Below, piece by piece: positions 39,000 to 50,425 of a stretch of DNA of 64,000 nt. Position numbers and translations under genes: made by a program. Origin of the DNA: Glaucostegus cemiculus (lineage: Eukaryota); NCBI GenBank assembly GCA_976551045.1, contig CDPCPM010000344.1:5704001-5768000 (forward strand). Direction: 5' to 3'. The notes beneath the pieces were generated by a model. The model did not search any database, was not told the origin of the DNA, and saw nothing but the letters and a program-made list of their open reading frames with translations. How positions within the stretch are numbered: the stretch's first letter is position 1; every line of letters begins with the position of its first letter.

Positions 39000-39930
39000 T
39001 CGACAGTGACACTCTCACTTGCAAGCCAGTAGGTTATTGGGTCATGACCCCAGTGCAGCCACTCAACTCCATTGCCTTGGCCAACACTCCTATTTCCGTG
39101 AGTGAATTAACACTGCACTATCTGACTGCTGTCATACGGATGAGATATTCAAGAAAAGCGCTGGTCTCTTGGGCCAATATTTAACTGTCAGCTTACTTCA
39201 CAATTACTTGGCTGTAGACACAAGAGACTACAGATGCTGGAACCTAGAGTTCAAAAAATAAACTGCTGGAGGAACTCAGCAGGTCAGGCAGCATCTGTGG
39301 AGGGAAATGGACAATCGACGTTTCGGGTCGAGACCCTTCAGCATCATTGTGTCTCCATTCTACTACTCCACTGCGACGTCTCTTCAAGGTGTGCCCACTG
39401 CAAAGAAGTTTCCCTCCTCTCTTCAGCGGGAGTTCTGTGAGACCCTCTCTCGCTGCTCCCCCTCCTTAGTTTCTGCTGCTCTCTTGCACAACTACCTGGC
39501 TGTCTGTGACAGTCTGAAATGCAAATATTTCCTTCATTGTAACAGTAACTTCACTTTGAATGTTTTCCTTTGCTTTGAAGTGCTTTGGAACATTCTGAGG
39601 TTGTGAATGGCACTATATGAATGCAAGTATTCTTCTTTCGTTAACCTCACATTACAGATGGAGATCTGCACAGTTTGAGATTCTGTCTTTTAGATGAGGT
39701 GTTAAAATAAAACTCAATCTTGTCTTTTATGTGGGTACCAGTGTTCCCAATACATCCTTCAAAGAGGAAGAGACCAATACTTAACCATTAATATCCATCA
39801 TGATAACAGATTATCCATTTGTTTATAATCATTGATATTCATGTGACACTGTTGTACTCAAAATGGCTGCCACTTCGCTCTTTATTACAACTGTGATTAC
39901 CCTTGGTTGTGAAGTGTTTTGGGGCATCAG
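39000..39930 (+). mobile_element. Ancient DeuSINE/SacSINE-like relics, interrupted by a Penelope fragment
   Basis: Degenerate GATGAGATGTTAAA-type core, AAAATGGCTGCC motif and GTGAATGGCACTATATGAATGCAAG tail. Confidence 0.45.
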
Positions 39931-40178
39931 TATAAGCCTAGGTCATGGTATCAGTATAGATTCAGAATCCTGTCATACCCAGCTTTAAAACTGAATTCAT
40001 TCAACTTTTCAATTAGCGGGCAATCCCCAATAAACAAAGCAGAAGATTGAACATACAAACGAAAGAATGAGGAGAATAAACAGGCCATTAAGCCCCTCAA
40101 ACCAATCATCAGCATCACACCTGATCTTTTACCACGGCTTCATTTTCCTGCACTACTTCCATATCCCTTAATTTGTTT

Positions 40179-40715
40179 TGTTACGAACCAGCAACAAAAG
40201 AAACACACTGAGTCATGATTCAGTGTTAAAAACTACTTTATTAATAACCACTTATGATAATAAGAAAAATAAAAGTAAAAATGTTAGAATGTTAGAAGTA
40301 AAAATGTTAAACCTTGAACATTAACCCCAAAACTAAACTCGTTGTGTGTGTGTGTGGCAAATTTCCAAACCCCAAGTCCAGGAATGGTTCTTAAGGTTCA
40401 GTTCAGCGAGCCGTAAGGTGAAACATGAGCAAAGGCTTCTTCAACAACCACCATTGACTGAAGATAAGACGTAGATGTAGAGAGAAAATAGAGAGTAATT
40501 ACAAAATTCAAATGTTCCATGATAGAACCCAAACGACACCTCAGTGTTTACTCAGTAGTGACTTCCTCACCCCGAAAAGCATCCAAATCATGGCCATCCA
40601 CACAAATACCTGTTTCCTTCTACAAGTCAACAACAAAGTGGACTCCACTGGATTACACAGTTATGTTTCTCATCCACCGATAAAGAAACTAACAAGGTGG
40701 TGTCTCTCGCTCTCT

Positions 40716-40759
<44 letters not shown>

Positions 40760-40887
40760 CTCTGATTGACTCCAACTGACTTCTTCAACAACGTTATTAC
40801 GTCCTTTATCTCCTGTTGACATAAGCACGCCACACACAAAGCCCGATCTGAAAGGGACATTTACCAATAGTAACCTAGTCTGCAACT
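40179..40887 (-). mobile_element. Solo LTR-like element, family C, with (CT)n tract, inserted in a CR1 3' end
   Basis: Starts TGTTACG; GTTT duplicated at both ends; CR1 sequence resumes after it; AATAAA on the minus strand near 40240; the right terminus is degenerate. Confidence 0.65.
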
Positions 40888-42318
40888 GTTTAAAAAATCC
40901 ATCGATCTCAGTTCTGAATAAACTCAGGAACTAAACCTCCACAGCCCTAAAAGGTAGAGAATTGCAAAGTGTTGCTGGCTTCTGAATGAAGATATGTATC
41001 TCTTATCTTAGTCCTTAATAACCTCCCCCTTATTCTGAGACTGTGACTCCTGGTTCTGGATTCCTCAACCAGGAGAAACATCCTCCCTGCATCCAAACTG
41101 TCGCACCCTGTAAAAATGTGTCCGTTTCAATGTGACCACCTGTCATTCTTCTAAGCTCTAGATAATACAGATCCAGTCTATCCATCCAGAAAACCCACCA
41201 TCCCAGAAACCAGTCTAGTTAATTTTTGTTGCACTCCTATGTGGAATATTTTCTTCTCTTAAAGCAAGAAGACCAAAACTGTATACAGCATTCCAGCTCT
41301 GGTCTTACCCAAGCCCTGTGTAACTGCAGGAAGATATCTTTACCCCACTATTGAACTCCTGTAATAAAGTCAATTTGCCTTGCTCCATCTGCATGTCAAC
41401 TGTCCTCTGGAGAGGACAGAAGAGTGGTATTTAAAGTGGAGGGAGATAATTTTTGGAAGATTAGGGAATTCAAGGCTTTGGGGATCTGTAACAGAGGAGG
41501 AATTGAGACCTGCAGCAGATCAGCCACATTTGTATTGACCAGCAGGGTGGGGTTGACGGACCTGGTAAGTTACTCCTGCTCTTATTTTCCTGTGTTCTTG
41601 TTTCTCTCAGAGGCAGCATGGAAACAAGTCTTCTGGCTCATCGGGTCCATCCACACCAACCATCAACCACCTACTGTTCGAGCTGGATTGCTGACCTGGG
41701 TGAGAAGAGTTGAACAACCTCCTTCCACACTGTAACCATTCTGTTATCCTGTGGTTCTGGGAGACATCTGCAGTTGATTGTGATGGGTACACAAAAGAGT
41801 AGCAGCAGCTTACTTACAGCAATAAACAGATTCCAGCCCCTAATATACTGCATGTTTTGTACAGATAACAGAGAATGAATTTCTACATCTTATTGCCCTC
41901 ATAACTACTCCAGCATGGCCATCAATAATAAAGTCTCTTGCCACTAGAAAACTGAATACTGTGCTAAGGGCAGGTGAAGTGGGGAATAAATGCCTCACTG
42001 TTTGAAAGTAAATGCAGTTTGAAAATGGAATAGATTTGTAAAGTACTTCCCATATGGAACTCATAGAGATATGCAGCACGGACGTAAGCCCTTCGGCCCA
42101 ACTCGTCTATGCCAATCAAGATGTCTGTAGCCAGGGACAAGACGTCAAGTATCCCATCAGGCTTTGAGAGGGCACTTTGGGATGGTGGGAATAAAGAGCA
42201 CAATGAGAGAAGGTTACAAGATCAACACTTAGTCAGTTTCAATGTGAGGGAACAGAGTTGTGGGCATTGCCCTGACATTGTGAACTATTCCATTAAGAAA
42301 ATACATCCAGATGTCGGA

Positions 42319-42359
42319 AACTGACATCCAGGATGTTTCTTACATCCTGGATGTCAGTT
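42319..42359. repeat. Perfect 18-bp inverted repeat, 5-nt loop
   Basis: AACTGACATCCAGGATGT-TTCTT-ACATCCTGGATGTCAGTT. Confidence 0.95.
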
Positions 42360-42766
42360 GTGAGCGATGATCAACATTGGTGGGACCCCGGTCTAAGTTA
42401 AGGATGACAGAGGAAAGGAAACAGATGTGTCTCGTTGTTCAGTCTCTGAATGAATGACAGCTTGAACGATTGACTTCAGAATGGTGAGGGTCCTGGGCTG
42501 GGGTAAGAACAAAGAAAGCCTTAAGATTGGAAGAAAAATCATACAAAAGAAGAGGTGTCTGAGACATCGGGAACCACAATCCAGGAACAACCATCGTAAG
42601 AAGGAGGGCTCTGACTTCAGAGCTCAATAGAAGGCTGTAAACCTGTTGGAGCGAACGTGGCCAGTTTTATCTCACGTGGGTAGTACTTGCATCCAGGCTG
42701 TGAGTCTTGTGATTTGTTGGAACAATAAAAGTCAGTGGACGCATGCACATTTAAATAACTTGAGTA

Positions 42767-42844
42767 CTAATAAAGATTAAATTGTATTAAACCTTGGTTT
42801 AGACTCTTGTAAACCAAGGTTTAGTACAACTTAATCTTTATTAG
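42767..42844. repeat. 35-bp inverted repeat (2 mismatches), 8-nt loop
   Basis: Arms at 42767-42801 and 42810-42844. Confidence 0.95.
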
Positions 42845-42989
42845 CTCTTAGATGTGCTAACTATACTACAGGTATCAACCTGTTCGATACATTAATTGGT
42901 ACCCTAAGATGTTAATAGGGTCAACTAGTCATCTAGTCCCATGTGCTTGCTTTTGGCCCATATCCCTCTAGACCTTTTCTATCCATGAA

Positions 42990-43360
42990 GTTGAGGGGGA
43001 ATCTCTTTGAAATCTACTGAATATTGAAAGGCCTGGATAGAGTGGATGTGGAAAGGATGTTTCCAGTAGTGGGAGACTCTGGGACCAGAGGGCACAGCCT
43101 CAGAATAGAAGGATGTCTCTTTGGAACAGAGATAAGGAGGAATTTCTTCAGCCAGTGGGTGGTGAATCTGTGGAATTCATTGCCACAGACGGCTTTGGAG
43201 GCCAAGTCATTGGGAATATTTAAAGCGGAGGTTGATAGGTTCTTGATTAGAAAGGATGTGGGGTTGAGAGGAAAAAATTAATCAGCCACGATCCAGTGTC
43301 AGAGTGGACTCGATGGGCCAAATGGCCTCATTCTGTTCCTATGTCTTATGGTCTTATGGT
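42990..43360 (+). mobile_element. CR1 LINE 3' end
   Basis: KGLDRVDVERMFP...RRNFFSQWVVNLWNSLP peptide; (TCTTATGG)n tail. Confidence 0.85.
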
Positions 43361-44274
43361 CAACCTTCTACACTCTAGGGAGAAAAGTCCCAGCCAATTC
43401 AGCCTCTCCATATAACTTAAGTCCTGCAGTCCTGCTAACAGTTGTAAGTGAACCTTTCCTGCACACCTTCCAGCTTAATGACATCCCTTCTGCAGCTGGT
43501 CGACTAGAACTGCACACAATACTCCAAGTGTCGTCTCACCAACGATTGTACAGAAACCGAAAAGAACTTCTGTTAGCCTCTACTTTCAACAGATTTTAAA
43601 CACTTTCATTACATCTGCCTGAGCTGGAGTTCCAATCCCAAGGCATAGAGGTGAATTTTTAATGTGCAGTTTCCTATTAAACCAAATGTTACTTTGTTTA
43701 CTTGAATGGGAGTAGACTACTTCTGGTGGTTGGGGAGTCACCGCTGAGGGTGACAAGCTGTCATCAATTTAAAGTGTCACCCAGGCAGTGAGCAGAAAGG
43801 TTAGGATAATCTTTCCTTCAGCAGTAGGGTTTTGGAGCATAGAATGCACTACCATAGGGAGTAATTGAGTCAGAGACCATGACATCTTTAAAGACTAAAT
43901 TAGATAAATATTTAAAGCAGTGGAAGAAATGGCTCTGGGGACAGACAGGGGCAATGTGATTAGCAGGAGCTGGCACAGATATCATGAACTGAATGGCTTT
44001 CTTTTGTGCTGTAAGTGTCCATGGTTCAATAATTACTTATTAAGAAGTCACAGTCTCTTCATACTCAAAAGGTTTTTAGAATATGCAATGCATTTACAGC
44101 AATGGCCACAGCAGCTAAGTCAGGTGCAGTGCATGGAAGGAGATGTATTCAAGAAGTTTAGCAAAAAACAAAAACCAAATGAGAATCCATTGGGTAAGAA
44201 AAGTTTATTTGGTTGCTAAATCACTCACTCACATTTGCACCTTCGGTTCCATTGTTAGGAATTCTTTTGGTAGT

Positions 44275-44790
44275 TGGAAATCGGTTTATTATTGTCACGT
44301 GCACTGAGATACAGTGAAAAGCTTTGTTTTGTGTACCATCCAGACAAATCATAAGTACATCAAGATAGCACAAAAGGAAAAAAAACAAAATGCAGAATAT
44401 AATGTTGCAGTTACAGAAGAAGTGGAGTGCAGGTAGACAAATAAGGTACAAGGGACGTGATGAGGTAGAACAAGAGATCAAGAGTTCATCTTTAGCGTAT
44501 AAGAGGTCCATTCAAGAGTCTGATAACAGTGGGATAGAAGCAGTCCTTGAGCCTGTGGTACATGTTCTCAAACTTTCATATCTTTTTCCTGATGGGATGG
44601 GGGGGGGGGAGAAGAGAGAATGTCCAGGTGGGAGGTCCTTGATTATGTTGGCTGCTTTCCCAAGGCAGGGAGAAGTATCGATGGAGTCAGTGGAGAGGAG
44701 GCTGGTTTGTGTGATGGACTGGGCTGTTCTTGAGCAGAAGAGTTGCCATATCAAGCTGTGATGCTTTCTATGATACATCTGTAAAAATTG
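44275..44790 (-). mobile_element. Rex1/Babar-like LINE 3' fragment
   Basis: CLGKAANIIKDLPPGHSLFSP...PSGKRY peptide; TTTATTATTGTCAC terminus. Confidence 0.8.
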
Positions 44791-46104
44791 GTGATTTCAA
44801 ATAAAAGAAGTCTTTATTGATAAACAAATATATGCCGGAAATACAATCAGTACACATCTTTCTTTACTCATTTCCCTGCCAATTCAATACAGTCTCTTAC
44901 AGTCTGTCAATGCTACTCATGTTTCATCTTTGGACAATACCCCCTTGCAGGACCCAGCCCCCCCGTGTCCAGTAGCAGCTGGATCCCAGACGGTGATTCT
45001 TCCTCACAAGCCTTTGCAGTGGATCCCCCAGTGCGAATCTCTGCCGCCTGGAGTGTGCGGATTGGCAGCATTCGCTGACAGCCATCTCATTACACTGGAA
45101 AACCGACAAGTTTTGGATGGACAAAGTGCATCTTTCACTGAGTTGATTATCTCTAAGCATGTCTTTGAAAACATCCTTGAATCTTTTCCCCTGTCCATCT
45201 GGTAATCTCTTCCTGTGACGGAGCTCAGAATAGAGTGTTTGTTCCAGGAGCCTGGTGTCGGTACCATTGATTAGCTGTCCACGGTGTGCCAGCATCAACT
45301 GGGATACCAGATACATCTGCTAAGGACTGGGCGGCTTCTCCTGATGTAAGCCATGGATTTCATTCTGTGTCGTGCGTGGCTTTGATATCAAAGCCGCAGT
45401 TCCTGAGAATTATGCTGATAAAAGGAACCCGTTAAGAGTTTTGGCATGGAATGCACGGTAACCCATCAGGAGAAGTAACTACTCGAAAGCCTGACTGTGG
45501 TTAGCTAAAGCGAACATTATGCCAGCAGCATGCACCTCAGGAAGGACAAAAGATGGTGAAATTGGGTGTTTGCTGGGGTTGATAGTGAGGAAACACACTG
45601 TGTCAGGAAGAGAGATGGATCACCTCAAAGTTCCCAAGGTTGTGTGTGCCTTGGCTGTAAGTTTGAATGAAAGGTATTACAATGAAAATTGTTTTAAGAA
45701 TAGTATTACATAAAATGAAAAAAAAGAAGTTGGGAATGTTTTTGAGACTAACCACTTTGCTTGAGACCCAGCAGCAGGGAAGGGAATAATCCTACTGTCT
45801 CAGATACAGTTTTGTCCTCTGTGTGGTTCCAGAAGAAGCAGAGTATTCACATTGGTTTCACAGGGAGGGTTTAGGCCTCACCAACTGCATCCATCGATGG
45901 TGGGGAATGCCAGTCACTGCTGTCAGGAATGTACCCAAATTACTTATCCATGCTGCAGCCTACCTGCCCAAAATAGTTAGAAGCTGGGCCTATAATTTCT
46001 CATATGTAATTGGTGCTTTGCCAATAAAGAAACATTCACAATTCAAGTACCGGCTGAAAAGGAACAGTGGCAGCATTTCAAGTCCAAGGAATTCTTACCA
46101 TAAT

Positions 46105-46500
46105 TTTCTTCAAGCTTGTCTCCTGAACCTCAGGCAGTCCCTTGGGATTGAGGATGACGTGCTCCCACTTGCAGTCCGTGAGTTCCACATGGCTACTGTG
46201 GGAACCACAGACTCTTCTGCATTGGCTGACACAATGAGCAAGTAGCTGATCTGTGAGGTGGCACACTCCTTCATACACCAGGCTTTCTCATGCTTCAAAT
46301 GCATGCCCATGAGGTTCTCAATGCTATTTCGAATGCTCCTTCTTCACTCTGAGTGGTCGTGGTCCAGAGGTTCCAGGGAGTTCGTGGGGATATTTTGCAT
46401 TTCTACAAGGAGGCTTCAAGCGCATCCTTGAATCTTTTTCTCTGTCCATCCGGTAATCTCCTCCTGTGACAGAGTGTCTGTTTCAGGAGCCTGGCGTCAG
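46105..46500 (-). mobile_element. RTE (BovB-like) LINE 3' end; second partial copy at 45165-45262
   Basis: DTRLLEQTLYSELRHRKRLPDGQGKRFKD-type peptide; RTE-type tail (GTCATCCTCAATCCCAAGGGACTGCC). Confidence 0.7.
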
Positions 46501-46784
46501 CACCATTGATTAGCTGTCCAATGCATGCCAGCTTCAGGTGCTATACTGGATATATCAGCAAAAGACTGGACAGCTTCTCTTGACATAAGCCATGGAGTTC
46601 ATTAAGTGTAATGTACAGGTTTGATATCGGAATAGCAGTCATGTGAAATTGAAGAATCTGTTTAGATGACAGATGGCCTTTATCACTGTCTCTCAGCAAC
46701 CAGAGAGACAGTCACAGAGACTTTTACAGAAGAGGATTTTCAAGGTACAGTCTTTGTTACCTCTGACTTTCTGATTTTAGTTCA

Positions 46785-47316
46785 TGGAAGTCCCTCCAGA
46801 GGATAGTTAGGGCTGCGGAGCGGATCATAGGTGTCTCTCTTCCATCCATCGCAGACATATACAAGGACCGTTGTTTTAGGAAGACCAAAAATATAATGGC
46901 GGATCCTTCTCACCCCTCCCATCATCTCTTTACAATTTTGCCATCTGGAAGGAGGCTCAAATGTATCAGGGCGAGAACGACCAGGCTGAGCAATAGCTTC
47001 TTTCCGCAAGCCATCAGAACTGTGAACTCTCTCATTCCTCCAGCTACTTCATTAACACTAAGGGATGCTAGGCGCACAGAAATGCACCAGCACTTTAAAT
47101 GCCCGCCACCAGCTCGTTCACTTTAAAACTATTTATTTAACCTGCCGTACTTAATTTAAACTTCCGTAGTTTTAATTTTTTTGTTGTTCAATGTGTCTGT
47201 GTGTCTCTTCTGTTTGTTATTTAAATGGGACGAGCACCTGAGGAGGACGGTATCTCGCTCCTATGCATACTATGTCTGTATATGGTTGTGACAATAAAAT
47301 TGATTCTGATTCTGAT
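46785..47316 (+). mobile_element. Rex1/Babar LINE 3' fragment
   Basis: MADPSHPSHHLFTILPSGRRLKCIRARTTRL peptide; (ATTCTG)n tail. Confidence 0.9.
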
Positions 47317-47534
47317 GTTGTGGTGAGATGTATTGAGTCACACATTGGGATCCACAAAAAAAGTAAAGCAGAGTTAGCAACAGCAATTGGCAGGTGTGGC
47401 AAAAGATGAAGATTGTGCTGAACATCATGATCCAGGAGAAATTAAAGTAGTTGAACTTCAAATCTCTGGAAAAGAGCAGAGGCTAAGTTGACTTAATTGA
47501 CATTTTCAAGTTGATTTTTATCCTGGCATTTACT

Positions 47535-47880
47535 GGGGCGGAGCAGTGACACAGCTGGTTCCTCGCGGTTCCAGAGACCATGTTCAATCCTGCCTCTGGT
47601 GCTGTCTGCGTGGAGTTTGCACGTACTCCCTGCGACTGCGTGAGTTTCTCCTGGGTGATTTGCCTTCCTTCCACGTTTGAAAGATGTGCGGGTCGGTGGG
47701 TTAATTGGCTTCAGTAAATTGCCCCTTGGGTCCAGGGGAGTGGTAGAACTTTGGAGGAGTTGATGGGAATGTAGAGAAAATAAAGTGGGATTCATGCAGG
47801 ATTTGTATAAAATGGTTGCTAGATGGTAAACATACATTTGATGGGCCAAAGGGCCTGTTTCTGTGCTGTATGACTCATGA
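47535..47880 (+). mobile_element. Older V-SINE family with CR1 tail (others near 4835-5110, 27930-28260, 32140-32420, 33880-34228, 38330-38585, 59480-59790)
   Basis: GGTGCTGTCTGCGTGGAGTTTGCACGT body; GGGCCTGTTTCTGTGCTGTATGACTC tail. Confidence 0.7.
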
Positions 47881-47961
47881 CCCTTGTTCATTACAATTAG
47901 GGATTTAATTGGAAAGACCATTAGGAAATCCAAAGTGGGAAAATACATCTGGATAACAAAT

Positions 47962-48334
47962 TGTCGTGGAAACTGTTCTATCGCTCAGAATTAACACAGG
48001 CAGAGACATTCAGGGTTCAGCTTCGAGAGATTTATTCATGATATATCACGGAGAGCCTGCTTGGTCCGCACCAAGGCAGAACTCTGCCCTTACAGTGATT
48101 TCGGAGTCAACTTTATACAGAGTAGTAAACAAGTCTCAGATGATTAGTTTAAACCTTGAGACATATAGATTAGATTTTTAGTATATGTGATTAACAAGCT
48201 GCCAGGATGTGTCTGGTTATACTCATGGGATTAATCATTCAGGTCCTTGGTAGCCTCCCAATTCCTGCAGGAGACATAGAACTTCTGCCCTTAGTTTTGA
48301 GAAATAGAAAGAAAGTTAAGAATTTTCCTCCACA
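47962..48334 (-). mobile_element. 3' LTR of the ERV (373 bp)
   Basis: TG...CA ends with imperfect inverted termini (TGTGGAGGAAA / TGTCGTGGAAA); TATAAA at 48112-48117 and AATAAA at 48031-48036 on the minus strand, in U3-R-U5 order. Confidence 0.9.
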
Positions 48335-48346
48335 ATTCCCTCCTTG
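48335..48346 (-). promoter_or_regulatory. Polypurine tract (plus-strand primer site)
   Basis: CAAGGAGGGAAT directly before the LTR TG and 12 nt after the env stop. Confidence 0.8.
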
Positions 48347-48358
48347 TTGATCTATTGA

Positions 48359-50425
48359 TCAACATAAATCTTCAGGGAATGGGGGTTCATACCCCTCTGG
48401 CAGGGGTCTCATCTCTAAACATTCTTCTTCATCATAACTATCGTATCTACTTTTTGCTACCTTTTCCACCCGAGTTTCTACTATCATGGTTCGTCCTTTT
48501 ACTTGAGCAACCAAGCCTAGTACGTTGCCAATCAGTCTCCGTACCTTTATCCACATTACACAGGTTAGTATTAGCAACAACAAGAGTACGAGCCCCATTG
48601 CTACAATAGGGTGTAGAGCCAATTTTAGGACTGCCGAGGCCTTGGGTGACCATCCCGTGAACACATCCCACCAGTGGTGAACAGTAAGGGACGTAACTTG
48701 ATCAGCTATACGTACCAATTGTCCTTCTTTATAACTCATCTCTACCACCAGTTGATTGAGGTTGCGTCCTTGCCTGGCCAAAGCCTCTGATACTTTTTTA
48801 CTGGCTTCAATCAAGGCATGCAGCCTTGTCAAATCCACTACTGGAGGAATGGGATCCATCGCATGTACAGCCAGGTGTTGCTGTACTTGTTTCCAATGCC
48901 CAAATGAGTGGATTTGTTTCGTTTGAGGGTCATATAGAGTGTGTATTCCCTTTACGCATTTATTTATTGGGGGTCTGTATAGAAGGCCATCCAAATATAC
49001 AGGCCAGGTTCCTGAGACGCATACCTCGTTCATCCCTATTTCGGAAATAATTGTGTCATTTGATGGCCGTAATTCCCACAGACATACTCCTACCGAGTGT
49101 TGTATGGAGCAAGGCTCATATACAGCCGTTTGGTATGGGCACACCATCCCAAAAGGCCATCTTACACATCCCTTGGAGGAATGGGTCTGGTTTTCCGTAT
49201 CCACCCACTCTCCTTTAAATACCGGATACCAAAAATTGGAGCCAAACAAATGGGGTAGTACCTGAAACTGACACCAAATCTCTGTTTTTGTATTATTTAT
49301 CATCTCCATAGTTATAATGCATCCTTTCCTATCGCAACTAGTATATTTTTGGCGCGGCCTTATAGTTATATTTGCGGTTTTACCTTTCCGATTAATTCCC
49401 AACATTTGTTCCCATGTTTTCGAGTGGAAGGACAAGACCTTTCTTTCTAGTTCAGCCCTCAGCAGCTGGCGTATTATTTCTTTCATCATGCAATGCATAT
49501 ATTTAGAGTTCAAGGCTGTTTGATTGATCATTTCTTGTTCTATTTCTCTCTCTATGGCCTTATTATGCTGCCACATCATTGTATTGGTAAAATGTCCAGA
49601 TACCTGAGCCTTTTGTAGTCCCTTATTCCATGCATTCCTTACTCTAATGCCTTCTCCTACCAAGCCTCCTACAATTTGTATTTTATTCTGCAGAGTCTCT
49701 ATGTCCATGGAGTTTAAAGCTCCTATCCCTGTCCCTATATCCCCTAACACTGTCCCCAGTGCATCCCTTTTCTTTCTCTCCCTAATTCCGTATTTGTCTA
49801 GCTTTGCCTCTACCTTGGTTACATTACAACTATCCGGTTTTGGGGTGTCGTACTTGATCTGTATTGTCAAATTTAGTATATTAGGGGATCTTACCACCGG
49901 AGTGCAAGTGGAAAACATTCTTCTTAGGTGCCCTAAATTGGTTTCTCCCTTACGTTCACGATTAACTTTTGTCCACTGCCGTTGTGGGCAACTTGTTCCT
50001 TTTCTTCTTTCATTGGTACATTTCATCCAATCACCGTTTTCGCTCTCCAGGGGGAAGGTACACTCTACCTCCCGCTCACACTTGGTTCCATTACTCCCAT
50101 CGCTGTCATTGGTGGGTTTAAAACAGCTCGCATTGGAGATGTTATATATTACAGTGAGATTTACCATATGGGTAGTGTACACAGATACTTCCCTTGACTG
50201 TGGGTGCACCTTAACCCCACATCCTTGAGGGCAAGTCACCACCCAACTTCCTACGTATGTTCTACCGCAGTCAATAAGGCCTGTCCAATTAGTTATCTTC
50301 TCCTGCTTCTGTTCCCAAAACCCTGGCTCTGCTAGGCCCCTTTTTTTTTCCCATTCTGTCTTGCTTTCTATTACTAATCCTAAATTGTCTAAGATCAGAC
50401 AAATTACCCACAGTATCAGTGTCAT
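48359..50425 (-). CDS. env: Intact retroviral envelope glycoprotein, 688 aa, non-gamma-type
   Basis: ATG with A at -3; N-terminal signal peptide; furin site RERKKR (aa 215-220); Gly-rich fusion peptide DALGTVLGDIGTGIGALNS; helical region after it; Cys-rich mid region; membrane-proximal HHWWDVFTGWSP; TM helix ~aa 605-626; ~60-aa tail; 13 N-X-S/T sequons; lies between IN and PPT/LTR. Confidence 0.95.
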   Translation of the reverse strand: MTLILWVICLILDNLGLVIESKTEWEKKRGLAEPGFWEQKQEKITNWTGLIDCGRTYVGSWVVTCPQGCGVKVHPQSREVSVYTTHMVNLTVIYNISNASCFKPTNDSDGSNGTKCEREVECTFPLESENGDWMKCTNERRKGTSCPQRQWTKVNRERKGETNLGHLRRMFSTCTPVVRSPNILNLTIQIKYDTPKPDSCNVTKVEAKLDKYGIRERKKRDALGTVLGDIGTGIGALNSMDIETLQNKIQIVGGLVGEGIRVRNAWNKGLQKAQVSGHFTNTMMWQHNKAIEREIEQEMINQTALNSKYMHCMMKEIIRQLLRAELERKVLSFHSKTWEQMLGINRKGKTANITIRPRQKYTSCDRKGCIITMEMINNTKTEIWCQFQVLPHLFGSNFWYPVFKGEWVDTENQTHSSKGCVRWPFGMVCPYQTAVYEPCSIQHSVGVCLWELRPSNDTIISEIGMNEVCVSGTWPVYLDGLLYRPPINKCVKGIHTLYDPQTKQIHSFGHWKQVQQHLAVHAMDPIPPVVDLTRLHALIEASKKVSEALARQGRNLNQLVVEMSYKEGQLVRIADQVTSLTVHHWWDVFTGWSPKASAVLKLALHPIVAMGLVLLLLLILTCVMWIKVRRLIGNVLGLVAQVKGRTMIVETRVEKVAKSRYDSYDEEECLEMRPLPEGYEPPFPEDLC

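Noticed and set aside
49647-50228. 193-aa antisense ORF over env (HBZ/ASP-like)
   Set aside because: No recognisable domain; long frames opposite coding sequence are common. It would need conservation across family copies.
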